A stretch of DNA of 64,000 nt from Octopus vulgaris (lineage: Eukaryota): the NCBI GenBank assembly GCA_951406725.2, contig OX597827.1, positions 4,092,001 through 4,156,000 of the forward strand, read 5' to 3'. Numbering within the stretch: the first letter of the stretch is position 1; every line of letters begins with the position of its first letter. A program made the translations under genes and the position numbers. This document shows positions 23,608-36,279 of this stretch, in pieces. The notes under the pieces are model-generated. The model saw nothing but the letters and a program-made list of their open reading frames with translations. It was not told the DNA's origin and ran no database searches.

Positions 23608-24272
23608 CACCTTGGGAAAGTGTCTTCTGCTACAGTCCTAAGTGACCAATGTTTTGTGATGGAAACTGTGTGGAAGCTCATCATAGATATGTATGCATGC
23701 ATGTATGTATGTATGTATGTATGTATGTATGTATGTATGTATGTATGTGTGTGTGTGTATGTATGTATATATGTATGTATCTATCTATCTATATGTGTAT
23801 ATGTGTGCACATGTTTCTGTGTGTGTTCACATTTGTGTTTTCCCACCTCACCCACTGCTTAACAACTGGAGTTGGTTTGTTTACATCCCCATGACTTAGC
23901 AGTTCAGCAAAAGAGACCAATAGAATACATTCAAGACTTAGAAGCAAATACAAACATAAGTACTGGAGTCAACTTGTTCAACTAAAATCTTTCAGGTAGT
24001 GCCCCAGTATGACCACAGTCCAAAGACTGAAACAATTAAAATAAAATAAATAAATACAAGAAAAATATTCAATGAAGAAATGACACTATCATTTAGAGAG
24101 TAACAATGTATTGATCATGTTGGCTTGTATGGGAGATAACCCAAGGTATGCTTCAGTATTATTAGACTTCCTTAGCAAAGCAGAGACTTAACTGTTCTCG
24201 TTGAAGTAGTGATAAGGGAATCACTAATTAGAGGTACGATATTGTAATCTGAGTGGGCATGAAAAATTAGCA

Positions 24273-24502
24273 TACTCTTTACTCCCTTTCACTTGTTTCA
24301 GTCATTTGACTACGGCCATGCTGGAGCACCGCCTTTAGTTGAGCAAATCGACCCCGGGACTTATTCTTTGTAAGCCCAGTACTTATTCTATCAGTCTCTT
24401 TTGCCGAACCGCTAAGTGACGGGGACGTAAACACACAAGCATCGGTTGTCAAGTGATGTTGGGGGGGGGGGACAAACACAGCCACACAAACACACACATA
24501 CA

Positions 24503-24540
<38 letters not shown>

Positions 24541-24705
24541 TACGACGGGCTTCTTTCAGTTTCCGTCTACCAAATCCACTCACAAGGCATTGGTTGGCCC
24601 GGGGCTATAGTAGAAGACATTTGCCCAAGATGCCACGCAGTGGGACTGAACCCGGAACTATGTGGTTGGTTAGGAAGCTATTTACCACACAGCCACTCCT
24701 ACGCC
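24273..24705 (-). mobile_element. SINE family A, full length
   Basis: Reverse complement of the family A consensus. Confidence 0.9.
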
Positions 24706-24978
24706 TAATTTATTATTGTTTGACATGATTTTGTCTTTGAAGTGTGTGTGTGGGGGGGGGGGCACTACTTTGAAATGCTGAGTGCAACAGATCGACCCCA
24801 GTACCTAATTTTTAAGTCTGGCACTTATTCTATCTGTCTCTTTGGCCAAACGGCTATGTTTACATGGGAGGTCATAAACAAACCAACACCAGTTGTCAAG
24901 CTGTGTCAGAGACAAACACAAATACAAAGTAATTCACTCACACACACAAGGGCATACATACGTATTATACATATATGC

Positions 24979-25018
<40 letters not shown>

Positions 25019-25292
25019 GAAATTATTGTATACAGTGCTCAGGTGCACCACAACTTGTATATATATATATATATATATATACACGCACACACACATATAT
25101 TTTGACATTTGAGTTTGATTTCAGAGTCCCATTATAGCGTGAGGTGTTTACCAATAATAATAACCCTTAATATAAATTAATGTATTTATATATTTAAAGG
25201 ATAAATTATATACTTTGTATAAATTTTTTTCTAAACTGGTTCTTCACACTGGCTGCTTGATGAATTCTTACATAGATTTTATTCTCATATTT

Positions 25293-25357
<65 letters not shown>

Positions 25358-25761
25358 CACACACACACACACACATATATATACACACACACATGTATGT
25401 GTGTATATATATATAAGCAAATGCGTAATAACAGATGATGGATAAAGGTCTGTTATTATTTATCTGCCCTAGGGATTCACAGCTTGTTGGACACCCTAGA
25501 GTATACCAAACAACGTATGATCAACACAACGTGCTTTGGACCAGCCCCTAGGTGCTAAATACTCATAGGGGTGGTTTTTTCTCTGTGTGCACAACCTGAA
25601 CATTCTACTGGCTATTTAATTGACAATAGGTGGTGACCAACCCTACCTGGTGCATATTAATTAAGTACTTGATTCTTTCATTTTGCCTGTCCTTCTTTTG
25701 TCCACCTTTGTATCGTCTATCTGTTTGAATGGTTTAATGTCCTCTATTGCGTTTTTGTTCC

Positions 25762-25808
<47 letters not shown>

Positions 25809-25830
25809 CATATATATATATACACATACA

Positions 25831-25902
<72 letters not shown>

Positions 25903-25953
25903 CACATACAGCATATATATTTATATTTATATATATGTATACATATATATATG

Positions 25954-26023
<70 letters not shown>

Positions 26024-26117
26024 AATATAAATATATATATACACACATATATATATACACCCACACACATACATATGTATGTGTCTATCTGTTTGACTCT
26101 CTCTCTCTCTCTCTCTC

Positions 26118-26149
<32 letters not shown>

Positions 26150-26959
26150 CCATGGACTCTCCCGTTGAAGACAATGTATGAGCATTCAGCTTTTGCCGAA
26201 TGACCTGCACAAAGGATTTGTTTATAGTGATCAAATGTTCATGCTGCACATTACCTCACTCCCTCCATCAATTCAACGTTGCCTGAACAGGTGCCTGGTG
26301 TACCATTTGTCAGGTGTCAAAGTGATTGTAGACCAACACGAAATGAAGTGCTTTGCTCAAAAACACCTCGTCTAGGATTTGAAACTGTGATCTTGTAATC
26401 ATGAGTACAATACCCTAACCACTAGGCCATGCAGTCTTCCACATAGTTTCTGTCAACAAAATTCACTTGCAAGGCATTAGTTGGCCTGGGCTATATTAGA
26501 TGACATTTGCCTAAGGTGCTGTGCAGGGAGACTGAACCAAAACCGTGTGGTTGCAGCTGACCTTCTTAACCACACAGCTACGCCTGTGGCTATTGAACAA
26601 AGCAAAATATATGGATCTCGGTTGGTTCTGACAATAAGTATTCAGCTATTCAATTAACTGAATTACCAATTCATTGAACTATTGAACAATCTTATAAGTG
26701 GCCGAGTATTCCATAAGCGCATGTGCTTTCAACATAATCAGAGTAATAGGAGGAATCAGCATGACAATGTGTAAGAAGACTGGAACTTTGAATTAAAGGT
26801 AAAATCCGTCTGAAGGACTTCTGCACAGTTTTAATCTATTCATATTTGATTCACAAAGCTTGGGGCAATCTGAGGCGAAGGGGAAAAAAGAATCACTGAC
26901 CCAAGAGGACACAGTGGTATTGAACAGGGATCATTGTGAATGTAAAGAAAATACCTTAA

Positions 26960-27180
26960 CCCTTTCGATACCAACCCGGCTGAAACCGGCTCTGGCTCTG
27001 AGTACAAATGTCTTTTTTTCATATGTTTTGAACTAAAATCTTCCACCAAACCTTAGTCATAATTTATGTTCCTAACACTAGTTTAATGATAACTAAGTTA
27101 TTTTTACTAAATTCTTTGTTATATTGAAAGTAATTGAAAGAAATACAGAGCATCTCGAAGTAAATACAGTAACGAAAGGG
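26960..27180. mobile_element. TTAA-specific MITE (piggyBac-like)
   Basis: TTAA|CCCTTTCGATAC...GTAACGAAAGGG|TTAA; 221 bp. Confidence 0.85.
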
Positions 27181-28006
27181 TTAATCATTCATCCAAGTAA
27201 GCGATTGGTTAATTACTTGGTGGTGTTGTCAATTAGACACACCAAAGAAATTAAATTCCTGTGACATATCTAAAATAACAGCAAACTGGATCCAACAAAG
27301 TTTGAACTCTGTTATCCTCAAAGCCATTGTAATTCTGAAGATATGGTTTTCTTTCTTTCTTTTATTTTTGAGCCCTAGGATTCATAAGGCAGGTTACTCG
27401 ATTTTCATGGTTTTATAAGGAACCAAATCACAGCTTTATCTCTGAATGGGATGCCAATCCATAGCAGGGCTCAAGGCCAGCAATTTGAAAGGAAGATAAA
27501 GGGACAAGTTGATTATATCAACCCCAATACGTGACTGGTACTTTAGTGATGAAAGGCAAAGTTGACCTTGGCAAGATTTGAACTCAAAAATGTAAAGAGC
27601 CAGAAAGAAATGTTGCTAAGCATTTTTGTCCAATTTGTTAATTATTATGTGTTAATTATTGCCACTTCAATGACTCATTATTAAAGGTAAGTGTTGAAAC
27701 ATTAGTTCCTACTCAGGTTATTTGTTGCTACTGTTGTTGTTTTGACACAGGTCAGTTCTGATCCAGCAGACTTATGCTGAAAAGCATTCCAGAGTGTTGA
27801 CTATTTAGTCTTTTTTAGTATATCTAGGATTTGTGTACTTCTATAATTAAGACAGCAGAATGTATCATGAGGGAATTTAGCTGCTATTTCTGACACTTTA
27901 AGTGATCACTCTGATGCTCACCTGACATTAGTTCAGCATTTATTCGTCTAGTTAATGGTCATTCAATCAAGTTTATTATGAATGGTTCATGCAAAAAGCT
28001 AAACTT

Positions 28007-28303
28007 TACAGAGATGTATTTGCATAGCAAGTGACATGATCTGAAATAGTGTGCTGAAACAAAAACAATTGCAACACAGAAGGTGTTTATAAACCATTTA
28101 AAAATACACAAAAACTGTTAGATTCACTTTAACATTTAAATTTAATTTGTCTGAGATGCAGTACAGAATTTTTTCAGTGAACAGGTCACGGTTTCAATGT
28201 GAAGAAAGTATTTTGACAAATTAAATTTTAATGTTGAAATGGATCAGGCAGTTTTTGTGTGTTTTAAAGTGGCTTATAAACACCTTCCATGCTGCAATTG
28301 TTT
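28007..28303. mobile_element. Fold-back element (probable PLE pseudo-LTR) with hammerhead-like variant in the spacer
   Basis: Arms ~28065-28151 and 28215-28303 are inverted. The left arm is the reverse complement of 57387-57531. Confidence 0.7.
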
Positions 28304-28542
28304 AAATTAACTTTTCTTTCTTACTGTCAAGGAAATAATTCTGCATGGCTGAACATTTCTGAGAATTATTTTGAGAAAGTATGTAAGATTAACATATATA
28401 TATATATATAAACAGAGTTAGCAGTTATAGTAACTGACTAAGGAATAAAATATCTGTATATACTATCGATATCCATTACCTGTATTATCCCCAGGCAATG
28501 GTGTGCAGGCACACCATACAAGTAGAGTTTATCAGGAACATA

Positions 28543-28888
28543 TGCAAATAATTAGAAAATGGGGAAAATGAAAGATTAACCCACACATCGGTTGGACCAC
28601 ATTAATCTCTTATTTTTGATACAAAGCATGACATAACATAATAGATAACGTAACATATCTTAGGACTGTTACTGATCAGATTGCCAAAGGCAGTCTATAC
28701 ATAAATGCGAGAATAAAATTCATCATCTTCATAGGACATTCGAATTAATTCTGATCAGTAATGGATGTAAGATCTGTTATGTCACCTATTTTGTTGGGTC
28801 ATGTTTTGTATTAAAAAATAAGGTATAAATGTGGTCCAACCAATGTGTTGGTTAATCTGAGGTTTTCTCCATTTCCTAATTATTTGTA
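28543..28888. repeat. Diverged long inverted repeat (~135-bp arms, ~70-bp spacer)
   Basis: CAAATAATTAGAAAATGGGGAAAA..GATTAACCCACACATCGGTTGGACCACATT..TTACTGATCAGA is inverted at 28750-28888. Confidence 0.8.
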
Positions 28889-28929
28889 TTATATATATAT
28901 ATATATATATAAATGTATGTATATATGTA

Positions 28930-29299
28930 CTAGCACTATGACCCGGCAACGCCGGGTCATAGTGCTAGTGCATGCATATGCAGCTACATGCATGCACACA
29001 TACATGCGAGTACTGTCCAAATCTCTGACCAATCACATACAGCTAGCTGGCATTCAATTGGCGAATCAAGTTTCGGGCATTTTGATTAGGTTTTGGATAG
29101 AAAATTCACAAAAAAGTGACTTCTATTGAGTTTTTAATGGCTTTGCAGGGCGACTGGGAAAATGTAAAGATGTGCACGACTACCCTTGGATGGTTTTGAA
29201 TGACCATAGAAAGTGCGATCCCTCTAACTAAAAAATTGTGGATTTGTATAAAGGACACACACACACAGACAGACATTTTGCCGTTTATATATATAGAGA
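28930..29299 (-). mobile_element. Non-autonomous Helitron (second family)
   Basis: Minus strand 5' TCTCTATATATATAAACGG and 3' hairpin plus CTAG; inserted at A|T. Confidence 0.8.
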
Positions 29300-30146
29300 T
29301 GTATATATCTTGTGATGGCATGCCATGAAGCTTAATTCTATGAGGAACTTCAAGGAGCACCTTTGTGACATATGATGTGTCACACATTTTAGCCCAACCG
29401 GAGCGCATCTATCTTCTGGCCTGAACACAGTCAATTTCTTTCAGGAGTGACAGAGACAGGCACAAGGAAAAGTAAAATATTGCATCAGTACAAGACTGAC
29501 ATTTTATTTACCCAAAGACGAAAGACAGAGTTGATTAAGGTGGGATTTAAACTCAGAGCGCAGAAAGCTAGAGAGGTTACTGCAAAGCAATCTATCCGAT
29601 AGTCTAACAATTCTGCCAACTGGACATCATATGTGTATGTGTGTGTGTTTGTGTGAGTGTGTATGTGTGTGTGTGCACATGTGTGTGTATACATACTTAC
29701 ACACACACACACATATACATATATAAACGGGAATCAGAATGATGAAGAGGAAGAAGAAGAAGAGGGCGAGAAAGTTCCAAATAGAAGTATTCACATAGAA
29801 GGGCATCCAGCTGTAGAAACACTGCCAGATCGGACTGGAGCCTGGTGCAGCCTGGAAAAATGCTAGCATGGAAAACGGACGTTAAACGATGATGATGATA
29901 CATACACAAAAATATACTGTGCATATAAGTACAGGGAGCCACACATTCATAAAGCACCTAGTTGTACTAATTAACAGATCACTTTTATGCATACACTATA
30001 CATGCACACACACACACATGTATATATATACACATATACACACATGCGAGAGCTGTTACTTTCAACTAACTCAGCTGTGATGATTTATCCAAACCACGCT
30101 TGCATTGGAAAACTCATCATCATTAGAAGTGTGCATATAGAAGATA

Positions 30147-30177
<31 letters not shown>

Positions 30178-30451
30178 CCATCATCAATTAATAACCTTTT
30201 CATGCTTCCATGGGTCAGATGGAATTTATTGAGTCAGATACTCTACGGCTGAATACCCGTCATGGCATCAACCCATAACTGTTTCCAAACAATGTAATAT
30301 TTCCCCATGGCCAGACATATTTTCCCACAGACTGGAAATGAACAATACTGCTTGTATGAGGGTGACTCTCGTTTACAATTGTTACACGATATCAGGACAA
30401 AGATACACACATAGGCACATGCACACGTACATACACACATGTATGTATATA

Positions 30452-32054
30452 CGATGGGTGTATGAAAAGTTTTGAGTCTAACCTAGAAACGGGGGCTGCT
30501 AGATAGCTGGAACAATTTTTTCTGGTAAGTAGAGTCTTTTCAGAGAATTCTTGCTCATTTTCATGATTCTGATATTTTAATTTCTTTTGTTGCAGATTTT
30601 TGAATAAACAAGTGCGCAGGAGTGGCTGTGTGGTAAGTAGCTTGCTTACCAACCACATGGTTCCGGGTTCAGTCCCACTGCGTGGCATCTTGGGCAAGTG
30701 TCTTCTGCTATAGCTTCGAGCCGACCAATGTCTTGTGAGTGGATTTGGTAGACGGAAACTGAAAGAAGCCTGTCGTATATATGTATATATATATATATGT
30801 ATGTGTGTGTATATGTTTGTGTGTGTGTGTTTGTCCCCCTAGCATTGCTTGACAACCGATGCTGGTGTGTTTATGTCCCCGTCACTTAGCGGTTCGGCAA
30901 AAGTGACTGATAGAATAAGTACTGGGCTTACAAAGAATAAGTCCCGGGGTCGATCTGCTCGACTAAAGGCAGTGCTCCAGCATGGCTGCAGTCAAATGAC
31001 TGAAACAAGTAAAAGAGAGTAAAAGAGAAAGAAAGAGAGGTTACAAGGAGAATAGAGAAAATTGAGTATCGGACTGTCATAGAGTACCTTCATTTGAAAG
31101 GCAGGACTCCATCAGAAATCCATGAAGATATGGTGAGAACCTTAACAGACAATGCTCCTTTCATATGCAACAGTCAAGCGCTGAGTAAATGAATTCAAGC
31201 GTGGCAGGGAGAGTGTGGAAGATGATCCCAGACCAAGGAGACTTCCAACTGCAGCCACCAAGGACAACCTTGAACTTGCTTTTGATATGATAATGCAAGA
31301 TCGCCGAATATCATGTTGTCAGATAGCCGAGAGACTGGACATCTCAATTGAAAGAGCAGACAACATTGTGACAAAAGAAATTGGGTTCTCAAAGTTTTCT
31401 GTGAGTTGGGTCCCTTGCCTTTTGACTCCCAAACAATAACACACCAGGTGCACTTTGTCCACGAGCAATCTGGAACTGTTTGAAGCTGATTATGAGAATT
31501 TTCTTGCTCGTTTCATTACTATGGACGAAAGTTGGGTTCATCACAACCAGCCTAAAACCAAAGAACAATCAAAGCAATGGACACACACATCTTCCCCTAC
31601 GCCAAAGAAGGCCCGGGTATTTCCTTCAGATGACAAGGTCACGGCATGCATCTTTTTGGGATTCTCAAGGTGTCTTGCTGATCGATTACCTTGAGAAGGG
31701 TCACGCCATGACAGGGCTGTATTATTCTCAGCTACTGAAATGCCTCCCAGAAGCAATCAAAGAAAAAGGGCCAGGAATGCTCACCAGAGGAGTCCCTTTT
31801 CATCACGACCAATGCTCCAGCCCACACCTCAGTGGTTGCCATGGCAACAATTCATGATTGTGGATACCACCTTGTTCCTCATTGCCTTATTCACCAGACT
31901 TAGCCCCCCTCTGACATTCATCTATTCCCCAAAATTGAAAAAAGCCCTGGCTGGTCACCATTTTGCCAGAGACAATGACATCATAGACGTTGTAGGAAGT
32001 TTCTTGGAGTCTCAAAGGTTTTTTTGAGGCTCAAGACTTTTTGTACACCCCTCG
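30452..32054 (+). mobile_element. Near full-length mariner relic (DD34D-type transposase pseudogene), interrupted by SINE A
   Basis: TA-flanked TIRs CGATGGGTGTATGAAAAGTTTTGAGTCT / AGGCTCAAGACTTTTTGTACACCCCTCG. Motifs EDDPRPRR, WVPCLLT, FITMDESWVHH, FWDSQGVLLIDYL, FHHD(NAPAH) and YSPDLAP(SD), with frameshifts. Confidence 0.92.
30614..31035 (+). mobile_element. SINE family A inserted in mariner
   Basis: Full family A consensus lying between the mariner 5' TIR and the transposase start. Confidence 0.9.
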
Positions 32055-32074
32055 TATATATATATATATTTTTT

Positions 32075-32356
32075 CTTTTATTCCTTTATTTGTTTCAGTC
32101 GTTTGACTGCAGCTTGTCGAACAAATCGACCCCAGGACTTATTCTTTGTAAGCCTCGTACTTATTCTATTGGTCTCTTTTCCTGAACCACTAAGTTACGA
32201 GGACACAAACACACACATATATATATATATGTGTACGCTTCTTTAAGTTTCCATCAACCAAATCCACTCACAAGGCTTTGGTCGGCCTAAGGCTATAGTA
32301 GAAGACCCATGTGGTTGGGAAGCAAGATTCTTACCACATAGCCACTCCTGCGCCTA
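32075..32356 (-). mobile_element. SINE family A with internal deletions
   Basis: Head (GCCACTCCTGCGCC) and tail are recognisable. Confidence 0.8.
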
Positions 32357-32803
32357 TATAGGGACACATATTTGAAATTAATGTTTTCTTTTGACACATT
32401 CTACCAGTAGAAAATTCCGTCCTTCAAACAGAAAAGATCCACATATTTTTTTAACCACTACTACAAAGGGAAGGAAGAAAGAATAAAATTTTCCAATAGC
32501 TTCTTCTCTCCCTTGCAAAACGAATGAATGGGGAAAAGAAACCGATTTCCTATTACAAAGAACGGCGTAAAAGAAAAATAAAATGAGGTTTTGTATTTTG
32601 CGTGACAATGTTTGTGCAGTTATTTCATTGAAGATAGCAGTTGCAAGAATTACAACAGTGAAAGCCATTTGACTGAAAGACAGGCACCGGCGTCGCATGA
32701 TTAAACGCGCGATCGGACACACAGACACACACGTGCACAATGAGTTACGGCTGCAGTATCCAGATTTTTACGATATTTCCTCCCCCTTTGTGATATGTAT
32801 TGA

Positions 32804-32805
32804 TG

Positions 32806-32887
<82 letters not shown>

Positions 32888-33238
32888 GGAGAGAGAGAGG
32901 GAGGAGGGAGAGAGAGAGAGAGGAGGGAGAGGAGGAGAGAGGGAGAGAGAGAGAGGAAGGAGAGAGAGAGAGGAAGGAGAGAGAGAGAGAAGGAGAGAGA
33001 GAGAGGAAGGAGAGAGAGAGAGGAAGGAGAGAGAGAGAGGAGGAGAGAGAGAGAGGAGGAGAGAGAGAGGAGGAAGAGAGAGAGGAGGGAGAGAGGGGGA
33101 GAGAGAGAGGAGGAAGAGAGAGAGGAGAGAGAGAGGAGGAAGAGAGAGAGGAGGGAGAGAGGGAGAGAGAGAGAGGAGGAAGAGAGAGAGGAGGAAGAGA
33201 GAGAGGAGAGAGAGAGTGTGTGTGAGAGAGAGAGGGGC

Positions 33239-33302
<64 letters not shown>

Positions 33303-33304
33303 GG
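32804..33304. repeat. Polypurine (GA/GGA) tract followed by (GACA)n(GATA)n
   Basis: About 410 bp of purine-only plus strand (32804-33216). Confidence 0.97.
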
Positions 33305-33649
33305 ATTTGAGTATTGTTATTTCGAATTTCCTCTTTGAATGATTCCAGAGAACCATCAGAATCAACGATCTCGTCTCGGCTGCATTCCTATGAAGGGACC
33401 ACTTGTGTATGAGAAGTGGTTTTGCTTACGAGTTTAAGCAAGGGGCAGTAATTCATACATTTTGAGGGTGGGACATTCCAAAGATGGATTATTTCCCTTG
33501 CGCTATTAAAATCGCATTTTTGGGAGAAAACATTAGGAAATCAGGAGCAAAGTAAAAATGGTGTTCGGACTGTGAGAATGAGAAGGAACAGAGTTGATAT
33601 GAAGGAAATGTTGATAATGGAGGGAAAAGATTGAGTAGAAAAAAATATA

Positions 33650-34049
33650 TCTTTATATATAAAAGAGAGGTTGTGTGTCTGTCTCCTCTGATTTAGATTC
33701 CTAACTACTCCCACATTTTGCAGTGCAATTTAACCAAAACCGGGTATCTTATAGTTGTGATTCATATCGAGCCCTTCTGGGTATTAGCGCACGTCTACGA
33801 TGAGTCTACGATTTAAAAGAAATTTACCATCATTTTTTTTACATTTTAATGCATTTTTTCACTATTATATAAGGGAAGTAACTCTCTAAAAATGTCTACG
33901 ACGAGTCAACGTTTTAAAAAAAAATTTACCATCATTTTTATTCCATTTTTAATGCATTTTTTTTTGCTATATTTTGGCTATAACTCTCTATAAATGCTTA
34001 TATAGTTATTTCCCTTACAAACCTGAGCAACGCCGGGCGATACTGCTAG
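33650..34049 (+). mobile_element. Non-autonomous Helitron
   Basis: A|TCTTTATATATAAAA...ACCTGAGCAACGCCGGGCGATACTGCTAG|T, with an internal ~115-bp tandem duplication. Confidence 0.88.
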
Positions 34050-35068
34050 TAAATAAATAAATAAATAAATAAATATAAATGTAATAAACAAGTGTGTTTA
34101 TTTGGTAAAGGGAAAACGACCGTCCCCGAAATAGAACAATAATCAATTAAATAAAGAAGTGAAACTGCAAAATATGGAGAATATGTATAATATGGTTTAA
34201 ATCCTCCTTTGCAACCACAAGGTTTCCAGTTCAAGCCCACTGCTTGGCAACTTGGGCCCATGTCTTCTGTTATAGCCCTGAATCGACAAATGCTTTGTGG
34301 GTGAGTTTTATAGAAGGAAACTGTGAGCAAGTCAGTGGTATATACGTGTGTATATGTATGAAATCTGTCCTATATTCTTTTATTCTTCTACTTGTTTCAG
34401 TCGTTTGAATGTGGCCATGATGGAGCATTGCTTTTAGTTGAACAAATCGACCCCAGGATTTATTCTTTGTAAGCCTAGTACTTATTTAAATCGGTCACTT
34501 TTGCTGACCCGCTAATTTATGAGGACGTAAAGATATTAGAGCGGCACTTCATCAGAGGCGCATCAAAGATGTACTGTCACATTGTATGTCTTCCAGACAC
34601 CGTTTTGTTTTACTTATATCGGGTGGAAACAAATAGTAAATAAAAATATGGTTATGCGATGAGTAGAGATCATGTAGTGGGGCGGGGGGGCATAAAGAAG
34701 AAGAAGAAGAAGAAGAAGAAGTGTGTGTATATGTATGTCTTTGGTTCTATGTTTGTTCACCTCCCACCACTTAACATCCGGTGCTGGTTTATTTACATCC
34801 CCATAACATGGCGGTTTGGCAAAAGAGACCGACAGAATAAGCATCGGACTCAAAATAGATTCCGTACTGGAGTTGATTTGTTTGACTAAACTTTTCAAGG
34901 CTATCCGTTAGCATTTGTTGCCATCTAATGGCAGAAATAGATAAAGGATAAAAGATAAACTCTCTCTCTCTCTCTCTTTTTTTTTTTTATTAACTTATAT
35001 ATTTTCCTTATAGTTCGATCGCACTTCCTACACCCTCTCCTTCACTATATCATCTCCGCCCCAATATC

Positions 35069-35300
35069 TATTTCTTTATTGCCCACAGGGGCTAAACATA
35101 GAGGGGACAAACAAGGACAGACATAGGTATTAAGTCGATTATATCGACTCCAGTGCATAACTGGTGCTTAATTTATCGACCCCGAAAGGATGAAAGGCCA
35201 AAGTCGACCTCGGCGGAATTTGAACTCAGAACGTAACGGCAGATGAAATACGGCGACGCATTTCGCCCGGCGTGCTAACGACTCTGCCAGCTCGCCGCCT
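35069..35300 (-). mobile_element. SINE family B with 13-bp TSD
   Basis: CCGCCCCAATATC at 35056-35068 and 35305-35317; CpGs intact. Confidence 0.9.
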
Positions 35301-35773
35301 TGCCCCGCCCCAATATCGACTCTTCCTCTCCCATTCTCATTTGTTCCAATCGAAAAACGCAAGCTTGATGCAAGGGAAACAACCAATGTATGACTCTGGC
35401 CTCACAAATGGAAATAGTTCCGTAATATGTTTGTGTGTGTGTGTGTGTAAGTTTATCTTTTGTGTTGATGTACATGAAGCAAAATACACACACACACACA
35501 CGTGCGCACACGTTTGTTGGTAAATACTTTTCTTAGACAATATTTTAACATGTTATCCTAAAGTGCTATATCGTTTATGGTTTATTTGTTTCAGTCACCG
35601 AACTGCGGCCAAGCTAGGGCACCGTCTTCATGAGTTTAGTTGAATAAATCGACCTCACTGCTTATTATTGAGTTTAATTCTTAGTCCATTGGGCTCATTT
35701 GTAGAACTGTTCACAAACACAAGCGCACACAGATGTATACATACACACACCACACACACATACACAAGCAAGT

Positions 35774-35805
<32 letters not shown>

Positions 35806-35811
35806 TACATG

Positions 35812-36050
35812 CATATAAGAGGGATGACTACTAGGTGGACATCCAACATGCTAAATGTAGATCCCATATGGTCAGATTGTATGGGGTCTACATTTAGCAT
35901 ATTGGATATCCACCTAGTGGTCATTCCTTTTAAATGTCTGTAATATAATTTTTCTGAATCTTCAGATTTTTACAATATGCTAGGCCACTGGTTTAAATTG
36001 ATATTAATCAAATTAATATTCAAGTTTTTACCCTTATTATTTAAATTTAT
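35812..36050. repeat. Fold-back element related to 22672-23037
   Basis: Arms 35812-35868 / 35880-35936. Shares GAC.ACTA..GTGGAC...CAACATG.TA.AT.TAGA and AAACCAGTGGCC.AGCATATT...TAAGGGTA segments. Confidence 0.75.
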
Positions 36051-36279
36051 ATATATATATGGGCATGGCTGTGTGGTAGGAAGCTTGCTTACCAACCACA
36101 TGGTTCCAGGTTCAGTTCCACTGCGTGGTATCTTGGGCAAGTGTCTTCTGCTATAACCTCGAGCCAACCAAAGCCTTTGAGTGGATTTGGTAGAAGGAAA
36201 CTGAAAGAAGCAATTCGTCGGATAGCTCTAGACAGCTCCCTGGAGCTATCCGACTAGACAGCTCCCTGGAGCTATCTGA

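Noticed and set aside
34530-34560. Minus-strand CTGATGA candidate
   Set aside because: GAAA box and stem I are absent.
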